Source: Alphaproteobacteria bacterium (GTDB lineage: Bacteria > Pseudomonadota > Alphaproteobacteria > RF32 > CAG-239). Taken from it: a DNA stretch of 64,000 nt. Below, one piece after another: positions 20,091-28,800 of this stretch (positions are counted from its first letter, which is position 1; every line of letters begins with the position of its first letter). The notes under the pieces were generated by a model. It did no database searches. It worked only from the letters and a program-made list of their open reading frames with translations, and had not been told where the DNA came from. The stretch covers positions 7,227 through 71,226 of the forward strand of contig JAZLAM010000022.1 in NCBI GenBank assembly GCA_045613125.1. The letters are read 5' to 3'. Position numbers and translations under genes: made by a program.

Positions 20091-21026
20091 CTAATCGTAA
20101 ATCTGCTGTATAGCATAAAAACAAGGATTATATCTATTATAACATCCTAGTTTTTTAAAATCCCTATCTTGTCGCACTGCTTCAAAAATCTTATGATATT
20201 GAAACTCCTGTTTCACTTGCGAATCGCCACCAACAAGTTCTAAAGCCCCGTCCAAACCACCTTCGGGGATTTCAACCTCGGGTGCTGTCACACTGTGGGG
20301 AGCATAAGCCGTAGGATTTGATCCGCTCAATCCGTCTCCGATGCTAACACCAGGCATCTCTGTGTCTAGGCCACCTTCAGGTAACTCTGCCTCAAGGCCA
20401 CCACCCGTAAAGTTATCATAGTTTTTAGCCATATATCCGCCACTTAAAATCAATTCTCCATTTTTATAATACGTATAGCCGAAACTTTTACCGAAACCTC
20501 TGGTTTTGGCCATATATCCTAAAAGATCTGCATTTGGCATATAAGTAGATATATTACGTAATCGCTGAGGAATTGGTGCATATGAAATCACATATATACC
20601 GGCAAACTCATTACTGCAACAGCTAACATAGTCATACGTAGTGCACCAATGGCTTTTATCGCCATCATTAAAACAATATACCTTACTAACCACATCAGCA
20701 TCCAGCGAATAGCCCACCGGCAAATATGGTTTCAAATCTTCTTCACTGATACTGCAATCTTCCAAAGTGGTTCCTTTTGCACAGAATGTACTATTAAAAC
20801 CATCTCCCGGAAAATATGACACGGCAGTGTGGCCTGTTTTAGATGTTGCTTTAGAATTAAAATAGTCTTTCACAGCATTATGCTGAGCAAAAAACTTTGT
20901 TACAGCAACACCGGCTTTTGTTTCCGCATGGACACGATCCAAATCTGCCCTAACGGAGATGTTGTACGAATATAAAATTGTAATAAATGTTGCAATTATT
21001 ACCCATAAATACATAGTTCTTCTCAC
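20091..21026 (-). CDS. Membrane-anchored hypothetical protein co-transcribed with the giant pilin-like gene
   Basis: N-terminal TM segment (LWVIIATFITILY) and a Cys-rich periplasmic domain. Its stop overlaps the RBS of the downstream gene. Confidence 0.45.
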   Translation of the reverse strand: MRRTMYLWVIIATFITILYSYNISVRADLDRVHAETKAGVAVTKFFAQHNAVKDYFNSKATSKTGHTAVSYFPGDGFNSTFCAKGTTLEDCSISEEDLKPYLPVGYSLDADVVSKVYCFNDGDKSHWCTTYDYVSCCSNEFAGIYVISYAPIPQRLRNISTYMPNADLLGYMAKTRGFGKSFGYTYYKNGELILSGGYMAKNYDNFTGGGLEAELPEGGLDTEMPGVSIGDGLSGSNPTAYAPHSVTAPEVEIPEGGLDGALELVGGDSQVKQEFQYHKIFEAVRQDRDFKKLGCYNRYNPCFYAIQQIYD

Positions 21027-21171
21027 GCAATATTCATATCATACTTCGCATATTAACACAGATTTTATTTAAAATCCAACATTTATGTTAAATATGGCAA
21101 AATATTCACATTTCTGTAACAGATGTGTATATTATATCATCATTGGGTAAATTTTTAATTAAAAAAACTCT

Positions 21172-21492
21172 TTATAAACAATCTCCGGCATTTTGCGCAA
21201 ACGTGTTTTTCTTAATATGTTTTACACAAACTTCATAATCTAACGCTATATCTTCAGTTTCATCTGAAAGCTCAAAAACAACCGCCTTAGACGAAGTTGC
21301 AAGAATTTTAGCTACCCTGTCATCTAAAAAATCAAGCAAGATTGTTTCATTTTCTTTGCGATATAAGGTGGCATGCTTGCTGTCATCATACAATATAAAA
21401 GGTCTGACAGGCTCACCTAAACGATGTTTTATCAAAAAAACCAAGACACCTTCGTGCGTAATTATAACTTCATAATCTGCTTCATTTTCCAT
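21172..21492 (-). CDS. Acidic hypothetical protein (106 aa)
   Basis: ORF tightly linked to the upstream 85-aa gene (2-bp gap). No recognisable motif. Confidence 0.4.
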   Translation of the reverse strand: MENEADYEVIITHEGVLVFLIKHRLGEPVRPFILYDDSKHATLYRKENETILLDFLDDRVAKILATSSKAVVFELSDETEDIALDYEVCVKHIKKNTFAQNAGDCL

Positions 21493-21494
21493 AA

Positions 21495-21752
21495 TCAGAA
21501 CATCTCCTTACCTTTTTTTATCCACCTGTCCGAAAGCTTATTCACCGTTTTATGAGCTGAATCGAACAAAGCCTTACCAATTCCCAATTTAGGTGTCTTA
21601 ACAAAAGAATCTGCTAAATTTACAGCACCATTTAACACCACTTCGGCAGCACTTAAGCCATAATCGGCCAATTTCGCCGCAACTCCGGCTCCGACTAAGA
21701 CACCACCACAAGCCCCTTTTACACACTTTTTTACTTTATCATCATCTAACAT
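21495..21752 (-). CDS. Small Gly/Ala-rich hypothetical peptide (85 aa)
   Basis: GACGGVLVGAGVAAKLADYG glycine-zipper-like segment. Lys-rich C-terminus. Confidence 0.35.
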   Translation of the reverse strand: MLDDDKVKKCVKGACGGVLVGAGVAAKLADYGLSAAEVVLNGAVNLADSFVKTPKLGIGKALFDSAHKTVNKLSDRWIKKGKEMF

Positions 21753-21835
21753 CTCTCATCTCCTTATAGGAAGAATAACAAAAAACCTAAGTTTTGTCAA
21801 ATTATAATTATAAAGAAAAAGTGTCGCTTGAAAAT

Positions 21836-22090
21836 TCTGCAAGGAATCGTCAAGAAAAATAACCAAAGTCATCGTCCGCTTAGGCAGAAAATAAAACCAT
21901 TGTCATGCCTCCAAACCGCAAGGAAATATAATATTGTCATGCCTCCAAACCGCTAGGTTTGGTCAAGGCATCTACCGATTTTTTTAATTATTTTACACCA
22001 CTTCCTATGATGGATTTTTTAAACTAATTTGAAGACCGCTTAACCTCGCTTTGCTTGGAGCGATGACAGCATTATTTTTCCGCTCGAAAC
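21836..22090. repeat. RPE-like palindromic repeat cluster
   Basis: Tandem copies of ttgtcatgcctccaaaccgc, the hairpin ccaaaccgctaggtttgg, and taatttgaagaccgc...ggagcgatgac modules. These are shared with the 16.1-, 59.8- and 61.9-kb loci. Confidence 0.75.
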
Positions 22091-22100
22091 GGCTACAATT

Positions 22101-23780
22101 TTATCTTTCAAGTTTTTTATATTTTATACGATGCGGACGACAAGCCTCATCACCTAAACGACGGCGCTTATCCTTTTCATATTCTTCAAAATTTCCTTCA
22201 AACCACTCAACATGACCTTCATCTTCATAGGCCAAAATATGTGTTGCCAAACGATCTAAAAACCATCTGTCGTGAGATGTTACCAAAACACATCCGGGAT
22301 AATTCATAATTCCTTCTTCTAAGGAACGCAATGTATCAACATCCAAATCATTAGTCGGTTCATCGAGCATAATGACATTTGCACCTTTTTTGAGCATTTT
22401 TGCCAAATGAACACGATTACGTTCACCACCTGAAAGTTGGCCTACTTTTTTCTGCTGATCAGCACCCTTAAAGTTAAACTGTCCCACATATGCTCTTGAT
22501 GGCATTTGTTTTTTACCAAGCTCTATAATATCTAAGCCATCAGAAATTTCTTCCCATACATTTTTGTTAGCATCAAGTTCATCACGACTTTGATCAACAT
22601 AGCCTAAATCTACCGTATCGCCAATCCTAATTTCTCCCGAATCTGGTTTTTCTTGTCCGGTAATCATTCTAAACAATGTAGTTTTACCGGCGCCGTTAGG
22701 ACCAATGATACCCACAATAGCACCTTTAGGAATTTTAAATGACAGATTTTCAATCAAAACCTTATCCCCAAACGATTTGCTGATATTATTTGCTTCTATC
22801 ACCAAATCCCCTAATCTATCTGTCATCGGAATGTTTATATATGCATGCGTAATTTTATCTTTTGTTGCTTGTGATAAAAGTTCATCATAAGCATTTATAC
22901 GAGCCTTAGATTTTGCTTGGCGCGCTTTCGGATTTTTTTGAATCCACTCAAGCTCATTTGCCAAAGTTTTTTGACGTGCTGTTTCTTCTCTGGCTTCTTG
23001 CTCCAAACGCTTTTGTTTTTGCTCAAGCCAAGAAGAATAGTTTCCTTCATAAGGTATACCTTGTCCCCTATCCAGCTCTAAAATCCACCCAGTTACATTG
23101 TCTAAAAAGTATCTATCGTGTGTTACCATCACAACAGTTCCTTTATATTCTTTTAAATGTTGCTCAAGCCAAGAAACCGATTCTGCATCCAGATGATTGG
23201 TAGGTTCATCTAACAAAAGTATATCTGGTTTTTGTAAAAGCAAACGACAAAGTGCTACTCGACGTTTTTCACCACCGGAAAGCTTGGTCACATCTGCATC
23301 TGCCGGTGGGCAACGCAATGCATCCATTGCAATTTGAATCGTGCGTTCTAAATCCCAACCATTACAAGCATCAATTTTTTCTTGCAATTCTGCTTGTTGC
23401 TCTATCAGAGCATTCATTTCATCATCACTCATCGGCTCAGCAAATTTTGCAGATACTTCTTCAAATCGTTGAAGCAAATCTCTTACTTCACCCAAGCCAT
23501 CCATAACATTTTCCATAACGTTTTTGTTTGCATCAAGTTTTGGCTCTTGTTCTAAATATCCAACCTTAACGCCATCTGCAGCCCAAGCTTCTCCGTTAAA
23601 CTCTTTATCGACTCCTGCCATAATTTTCAAAAGTGTAGACTTACCGGCGCCATTAACACCTAAAACACCAATTTTCGCACCAGGTAAAAACGATAATGTT
23701 ATCCCCTTAAAAAGCTCTTTACCACCAGGAAAAACCTTCGTTAAATTTTGCATTACAAAAACATACTGATATGCTGCCAT
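22101..23780 (-). CDS. ettA: ABC-F ATPase EttA (energy-dependent translational throttle)
   Basis: Two ABC ATPase cassettes ([23 protein letters not shown]; [21 protein letters not shown]) with an arm/linker. The length and N-terminus match EttA/YjjK. Confidence 0.85.
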   Translation of the reverse strand: MAAYQYVFVMQNLTKVFPGGKELFKGITLSFLPGAKIGVLGVNGAGKSTLLKIMAGVDKEFNGEAWAADGVKVGYLEQEPKLDANKNVMENVMDGLGEVRDLLQRFEEVSAKFAEPMSDDEMNALIEQQAELQEKIDACNGWDLERTIQIAMDALRCPPADADVTKLSGGEKRRVALCRLLLQKPDILLLDEPTNHLDAESVSWLEQHLKEYKGTVVMVTHDRYFLDNVTGWILELDRGQGIPYEGNYSSWLEQKQKRLEQEAREETARQKTLANELEWIQKNPKARQAKSKARINAYDELLSQATKDKITHAYINIPMTDRLGDLVIEANNISKSFGDKVLIENLSFKIPKGAIVGIIGPNGAGKTTLFRMITGQEKPDSGEIRIGDTVDLGYVDQSRDELDANKNVWEEISDGLDIIELGKKQMPSRAYVGQFNFKGADQQKKVGQLSGGERNRVHLAKMLKKGANVIMLDEPTNDLDVDTLRSLEEGIMNYPGCVLVTSHDRWFLDRLATHILAYEDEGHVEWFEGNFEEYEKDKRRRLGDEACRPHRIKYKKLER

Positions 23781-23813
23781 CAGCTTATACTCCTAAAAAA
23801 TTGAATTAAAATA

Positions 23814-24347
23814 TTAAAATCCGTCTTTCATTTGTCGTTCTCTTAATGCCCTTTGAAAAGCCGGATCACTTTGTCTTTTTTGCACTTGATCACGATACAT
23901 GTTTATGTATTTTTGACGAACATTATCATCTTTTTGATAAACAAAATTCGGATCATACGAATTACGTGGTGTAACAATTGATCCGTCAGGCATTTTTATT
24001 GTTCCGTCTCCATATAAAACCATATTGAAAATCTTCTGTTTATCAAAACTTAAAGCTATAGAACCACAGTTATAAAAGCCATCCTGAATTTTTGACATAA
24101 ATGCATTTACTTTATATTCATTATACGCATTCATACCTTCGAGTTGTTCAGCATCAGATCGAGCCTTGGAAATCAAAATCGCTCTAGCTAACATCTCATA
24201 TGTATGATATTTCGATGCCTCACAGGCAAGACCCTGCCCCGAAACGGCGCCTAAAGCTTGCATTTCCTCAACATAACTAACTTTCTGAGCTTTAGCGCCA
24301 CTTATACACAAGAAAACACCGACTATAACCAAAATTAATCTTCTCAT
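23814..24347 (-). CDS. Secreted hypothetical protein
   Basis: Probable start MRRLILVIVGVFLCISGAKA (signal peptide). Confidence 0.45.
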   Translation of the reverse strand: MRRLILVIVGVFLCISGAKAQKVSYVEEMQALGAVSGQGLACEASKYHTYEMLARAILISKARSDAEQLEGMNAYNEYKVNAFMSKIQDGFYNCGSIALSFDKQKIFNMVLYGDGTIKMPDGSIVTPRNSYDPNFVYQKDDNVRQKYINMYRDQVQKRQSDPAFQRALRERQMKDGF

Positions 24348-24509
24348 TTCATCTCCGTACAAACTCTTATATTAATTTCGTTTGATTATACACAAAAGAA
24401 GTAAAAAAGCAATTAATTTAAAAAAAATCAAATAAATATAAAATTTAGGTTGACATTTGTTTTAATTTATCATAAGTTGCGCTCAACTGTAATAAAAAGG
24501 AACAAGAAA

Positions 24510-24635
24510 ATGAAATGTTATAGCTCTTTAAGATCAAAGAAAGTTCGTGATAAAGACTGTCAGATTGTTCGTCGCAAGGGTCGTGTTTATGTAATTAACA
24601 AAAAGAACCCTAAGCTTAAATGTCGTCAGGGTTAA
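24510..24635 (+). CDS. rpmJ: 50S ribosomal protein L36 (C-x-x-C-less type B, YkgO-like)
   Basis: [41 protein letters not shown] (41 aa) matches the L36 consensus. The six-frame ORF begins at an upstream in-frame ATG that is probably not used. Confidence 0.75.
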   Translation: MKCYSSLRSKKVRDKDCQIVRRKGRVYVINKKNPKLKCRQG

Positions 24636-24660
24636 TCTGAACTAAATGAGATTCTTTTAA

Positions 24661-24697
24661 ACCTTCGGTAGCATTAAAACCGAAGGTTTTATTTTTG
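24661..24697 (+). terminator. rpmJ terminator
   Basis: accttcggtagcattaaaaccgaaggt hairpin followed by a T-run. Confidence 0.55.
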
Positions 24698-24785
24698 TTA
24701 ATCGGATAATAAGAAAAAATTAGCAAAAAAATAAAAAAAGCTCTTGACTAATGAATCATTTTGCAATAATTTCTCACTTGCTTGC

Positions 24786-24862
24786 GGGCGCTTAGCTCAG
24801 TTGGTTAGAGCAGGCCGCTCATAACGGTCTGGTCGTAGGTTCGAGTCCTACAGCGCCCACCA
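24786..24862 (+). tRNA. tRNA with CAT anticodon (elongator tRNA-Met, or tRNA-Ile2 by lysidine)
   Basis: Cloverleaf by hand. Acceptor GGGCGCT/AGCGCCC, D-arm GCTCAGTTGGTTAGAGC, anticodon loop CTCATAA, T-arm GTAGGTTCGAGTCCTAC, discriminator A and encoded CCA. G1-C72 rules out an initiator. Confidence 0.85.
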
Positions 24863-24865
24863 TTA

Positions 24866-24900
24866 ATAAAAAGAGGATGTTTCTATCCTCTTTTTTTTGT
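24866..24900 (+). terminator. tRNA terminator
   Basis: aagaggatgtttctatcctctt hairpin followed by a T-run. Confidence 0.55.
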
Positions 24901-25358
24901 GCCTTGATGAGGCCTCAAAAGCCCACAGTTTGCGGGGTTTGCAAGATTCGGTGTCTCATTTATGATGTGAGCACATAAACCACCGCTAAGAGATTTTTTA
25001 TTAAAATCACGAAAAATAGATACTTTTGGATTGACCTCGTCCAAAACAAAAAACGCCTTATTTAGGCGCTTTTCTTACAACCCAACCTCGCACCCCATAT
25101 CCATGACCAGGTTAAACAGAATTTGGAAACGTATACTTATAACTATAAAAATGCTTTAATATTTTTTTATTAGCTTGATTTTTAAAAATATAACATCTAT
25201 ATTTTTGAGTGTGCTTGTTGGCGAGCCCGTTCACTCGTGCAAAGACTTTTGGTCAGCCAATTATTGATAATATAACCTTTTTCAAGATTGTTATCAAACT
25301 ACAGATTACGAGTGCTTTTTTCTGATAATAACCTTGAAGTAATAGAAAGGATTATATT

Positions 25359-25817
25359 ATGACAAATATAGATTTTTTTAAAAAGCAAGCAAAATTACTC
25401 TTAAAGGACTGGCAAAATAGAGAGCAAAAGCATTTTGGCTTTAATGTTAAGGAGCTTTTTCGACTTTATGAGGTAAATGCACATGAACAGCCTACATTAA
25501 TGAAAGCACAACATCTTCTTGCGCAAGCTTTGGGTCGTAAAAGTTGGGCTGAGCTGATAAATGATTCAGATGAAAGCTTGGAATATACTAAGAATGCATT
25601 CATCGAAAACATAAAAGAAGAAAAAATGCTAGATGCTATGTGGAATGAAACATTTTCTGAAACTGAATCGCATTCTGATGAATTTAATGAAGAAGACGGT
25701 TATCATGGAATTGTCGAATGCTTACATTGCGGACAAAGGTTTCCTATTGATAAACCTAATCATTTGCCTAGTTGTGATGGAGAAGATTGGGATTTAGTTC
25801 CAATTGAAGAACTGTAA
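25359..25817 (+). CDS. Hypothetical protein with a C-terminal Cys/His cluster
   Basis: ORF with CLHCGQRF...PSC, a possible zinc ribbon. The first gene after a 500-bp tRNA-proximal gap. Confidence 0.4.
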   Translation: MTNIDFFKKQAKLLLKDWQNREQKHFGFNVKELFRLYEVNAHEQPTLMKAQHLLAQALGRKSWAELINDSDESLEYTKNAFIENIKEEKMLDAMWNETFSETESHSDEFNEEDGYHGIVECLHCGQRFPIDKPNHLPSCDGEDWDLVPIEEL

Positions 25818-25946
25818 TTATTAAGAACGGCCAGACCTTTTGGGGGTTTGGCTGTTCTATTTTTTATAATCTAAATATTTTATATATTTTACTGGACTTC
25901 TTTGTTTTTCCAAGCATTCATTGTCTTGTAACGAAAGGAGTTCATT

Positions 25947-26117
25947 ATGACGGTTATTTGGTATCACGAAACAAAAGAAGCACCTGATTTTGATGCAAGA
26001 ATAGCAATATGCGACGAAGATGGAACCTGGGCTTATATGAGTGAAATTGAAGCTTTGGAAGAAGAAAATAAACAACTAAAAGCTGAAATTCAAAAACTGA
26101 AAGAAGCGCTCAAATGA
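25947..26117 (+). CDS. Small coiled-coil hypothetical protein (56 aa)
   Basis: MTVIWYHETKEAPDFDARIAICDEDGTWAYMSEIEALEEENKQLKAEIQKLKEALK. ATGA overlap with the next ORF. Not in the supplied track because it is under 60 aa. Confidence 0.3.
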   Translation: MTVIWYHETKEAPDFDARIAICDEDGTWAYMSEIEALEEENKQLKAEIQKLKEALK

Positions 26118-26428
26118 AACCAGTTAAAGTCTATTTAGTGCGAAAACCTTCTGATTTTGAAGAAGTAAAAACTTTATGCAAAAAGTATACGCATGAGGCC
26201 GAAGAGCTCTTAATTGAAGAAACTGTCAATCTACCTTTAGTTTGGTATGAAGCACTTTGCCAACGCCCATTGGATAACTACATTTTCTTATCCGGTAAAG
26301 GCGGTTATGATGATACAGGCCACCGCAAAGTAGTTGCTATAAAATGCCCAGGCAAGCCAACGCTCTATGTTGATCCTTCCGGTTCAAGTTATTGCCGATA
26401 TATGGGAGTAGAAAATGAAAAATTATAA
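26114..26428 (+). CDS. Hypothetical protein (104 aa), phage-like small gene
   Basis: Translationally coupled to its neighbours by overlapping start and stop codons. Confidence 0.4.
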   Translation: MKPVKVYLVRKPSDFEEVKTLCKKYTHEAEELLIEETVNLPLVWYEALCQRPLDNYIFLSGKGGYDDTGHRKVVAIKCPGKPTLYVDPSGSSYCRYMGVENEKL

Positions 26429-26651
26429 TGACATTCCACCTAATCGCAAAATCAGCATGCCGATGGTTTATAACCACGCAATTAGAGTACTTGACAGACT
26501 GGACAGACGACTGAGCAGACTTAACAACCCAACGCAACCACTTAAATATAAATACGAAATAAACCGTCTAGCTCATAAATTGGAACAAATGGTCGCTAAA
26601 TACAAAGCCCTAGAAAAGGAGTTGGAATATGTCAAATCCCAAATATCCTGA
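26415..26651 (+). CDS. Hypothetical protein (78 aa)
   Basis: Overlaps the preceding ORF by 14 nt. Basic N-terminus and coiled-coil C-terminus. Confidence 0.35.
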   Translation: MKNYNDIPPNRKISMPMVYNHAIRVLDRLDRRLSRLNNPTQPLKYKYEINRLAHKLEQMVAKYKALEKELEYVKSQIS

Positions 26652-26679
26652 TATAACATAGTTTGAAGTAGAATAAAAA

Positions 26680-27579
26680 TTATATTCTTGTAAATTTTAA
26701 ATCACTTAATATGTCTTCATTTTGTTGATGTTTTATTTTCATTATATAAATTCGTTCATTATCTACAATGCTTTTATCAAATAGATTATAATGTTTATCA
26801 GGGATTTTATCTACGTCAGTAAAATCCATTGATGCTATTGCACCAGAAATATAATCTGGTATTCTTATAAAATCATCAAATATTTTTTTATCATAATCTT
26901 TAGCTTCTAAATAACCATATACTTCATTATCAGATACTCTTCTATTTATTAAATTGGCGTATCCTAAACGAATAAATTCATGCACTATACCATTATGAAA
27001 AGATGTTATGTTGTCTCGATCTGAAATCCAATAAATGTGTCTTGCATTAGCTTTTATTAAAAGAAATTCTATAATGGAAGACATAATGTGTACAAGCACA
27101 CTTATGTTTGATAATGTTTTTAGATCTATTTCTTTTCGATATAGGTAATTTTTGAAGCTTTTTATTTTATGAATAAATTCTTCTTTTTTATTTTGTGGCC
27201 AATTATCCATTCCTTTTATAAGCTTATCCATCAATTGTTTATTTTGCTCAAGATTGAAAATATTATTTTTGCCTTCAATTATAAAGGAGATGGAAAAAGA
27301 GTATGGAGATTCTTTAATATAATTAATTGCTTTTTCAGATAAATTTGAAAAATCTTTAATATCTTTGGATAAGTTATGTTTAATTCCTTCTTTTAATATA
27401 TAAGGATGAATAAAAGGAAAAATTGTAAAAGTCATAACATCATTAGGTTTATTCTTATCATCTAAGCAATAATCACTAGTAATATACCATGAAGCATTTC
27501 TTTTGAAATTATTTTGAAAATTTTTCCATTTTTCAACAAATTCAGGAAAATGGCTAGATAAAATTGTTTTTCTATTCAT
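26680..27579 (-). CDS. Hypothetical protein (299 aa), very AT-rich, possible defence/abortive-infection gene
   Basis: Asn/Lys/Ile-rich composition distinct from backbone genes. No recognisable motif. Sits at the edge of the restriction-modification island. Confidence 0.4.
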   Translation of the reverse strand: MNRKTILSSHFPEFVEKWKNFQNNFKRNASWYITSDYCLDDKNKPNDVMTFTIFPFIHPYILKEGIKHNLSKDIKDFSNLSEKAINYIKESPYSFSISFIIEGKNNIFNLEQNKQLMDKLIKGMDNWPQNKKEEFIHKIKSFKNYLYRKEIDLKTLSNISVLVHIMSSIIEFLLIKANARHIYWISDRDNITSFHNGIVHEFIRLGYANLINRRVSDNEVYGYLEAKDYDKKIFDDFIRIPDYISGAIASMDFTDVDKIPDKHYNLFDKSIVDNERIYIMKIKHQQNEDILSDLKFTRI

Positions 27580-27641
27580 ATTTGCACCTAAAAGTATTCT
27601 TATTATATATACTTAGGTTTTATTTCTCAAAATAACAAGTT

Positions 27642-28100
27642 CTACAGCTTCAGATGCTTCAAAAAGGCATCGCAGCCTTCAACAATATCCCAATATGTCT
27701 CGTCAAAATTTCCAGTATACCAAGGATCTTTGATATTGCGAGGCTTGTTTGCAAAATCTAGCAAGCGATGAATTTTATTATCCGTATCAATACCAACGAT
27801 AGATTGTATATCTTCAATGTTGCTGTCATCCATCGCTAAAATATAGTCATAGTAAGCATAATCTTTTGGACGAATACGACGAGAATAATGTTCTTCAAAA
27901 GGCACATGCATAGATTTCAACATCTCACGCGTGCCATGATGAATGCCGGCATGACACATTTCATTATAGCTCTCTGTGGCGGCAGAATCAATTTCAAACT
28001 GATCAGACAAACCGCGTTCCTCAACCATTTGTTTAAAAACAAACTGCGCCATCGGCGACCGACATATATTTCCTAAACATACAAATAAAACTTTAATCAT
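27642..28100 (-). CDS. Low-molecular-weight protein tyrosine phosphatase (copy A)
   Basis: P-loop VCLGNICRSP (CX5R) at the N-terminus and a DPWYTG (DPYY-like) loop. ~90% aa identity to copy B at 45327-45791. Confidence 0.8.
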   Translation of the reverse strand: MIKVLFVCLGNICRSPMAQFVFKQMVEERGLSDQFEIDSAATESYNEMCHAGIHHGTREMLKSMHVPFEEHYSRRIRPKDYAYYDYILAMDDSNIEDIQSIVGIDTDNKIHRLLDFANKPRNIKDPWYTGNFDETYWDIVEGCDAFLKHLKL

Positions 28101-28116
28101 TGTTATTTTTTAACTC

Positions 28117-28800
28117 CTAAATACTTAGTAATTTTAACTCAAAATTTTGTTTTACTTGCTTCCAATTAGGCATTTTGATTGATAGTAGGTTATAAAAATC
28201 TTCTGTATGTCTATCATAATAAATATGGCATAACTCATGATAAATGACATAATCAATTGATTTTTTGCTAGCCTTTATTAATTCGGGATTCAAAACAATT
28301 TCGTGTTTTTTCAAATAGCTTCCCCAACGTTTATTAAGTTTTCTTATTTTTAATACTGGTTTTTCTACATCTGGAAAAGCCTTAATGCATTCGTTAAGAC
28401 GCTCATTGAAAATAATTTCTGCTCGTTTCACAAGCCACTCTTGAAATGCTTTATTTATTTCATCAATCTTTTGAGGTGCAGATGATAAAACATAAATTTT
28501 ATTATTAGATAGCTTTACAACATTTTTAAGAGCCGCTTTTTCAATTATAACCTGATATTGACGTCCAAGGTAAAGAGCAGAACTTCCTGATTCATAAATT
28601 TTATTTTCAGGAGCATTAAATTGCTTAAAATATGATAATTGCTTATCAATCCATAATGTTTTTCTTTTGATAAAATTATCAATTTCAAAATCTTTTGCTT
28701 GAATTGGAGCTTTTATAATTATTCGAAAATCAGGATAAACCTCCGCAGATAAAGATTTCCTGTCTTCTTTAATTATTCTAAAGTCATAATTTTCAAACAT
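28117..28800 (-). CDS. YgjP-like (DUF45/WLM) zinc metallopeptidase associated with type I restriction-modification
   Basis: HELCH (HExxH) motif near the C-terminus. Its start abuts the hsdR stop, as is typical of YgjP partners of HsdR. Confidence 0.6.
   Translation of the reverse strand: MFENYDFRIIKEDRKSLSAEVYPDFRIIIKAPIQAKDFEIDNFIKRKTLWIDKQLSYFKQFNAPENKIYESGSSALYLGRQYQVIIEKAALKNVVKLSNNKIYVLSSAPQKIDEINKAFQEWLVKRAEIIFNERLNECIKAFPDVEKPVLKIRKLNKRWGSYLKKHEIVLNPELIKASKKSIDYVIYHELCHIYYDRHTEDFYNLLSIKMPNWKQVKQNFELKLLSI

Noticed and set aside
24450-24509. Upstream in-frame extension of rpmJ (61-aa ORF)
   Set aside because: The L36 family is ~38-41 aa. The conserved sequence begins at MKCYSS (24510), so the longer ORF start is unlikely to be used.
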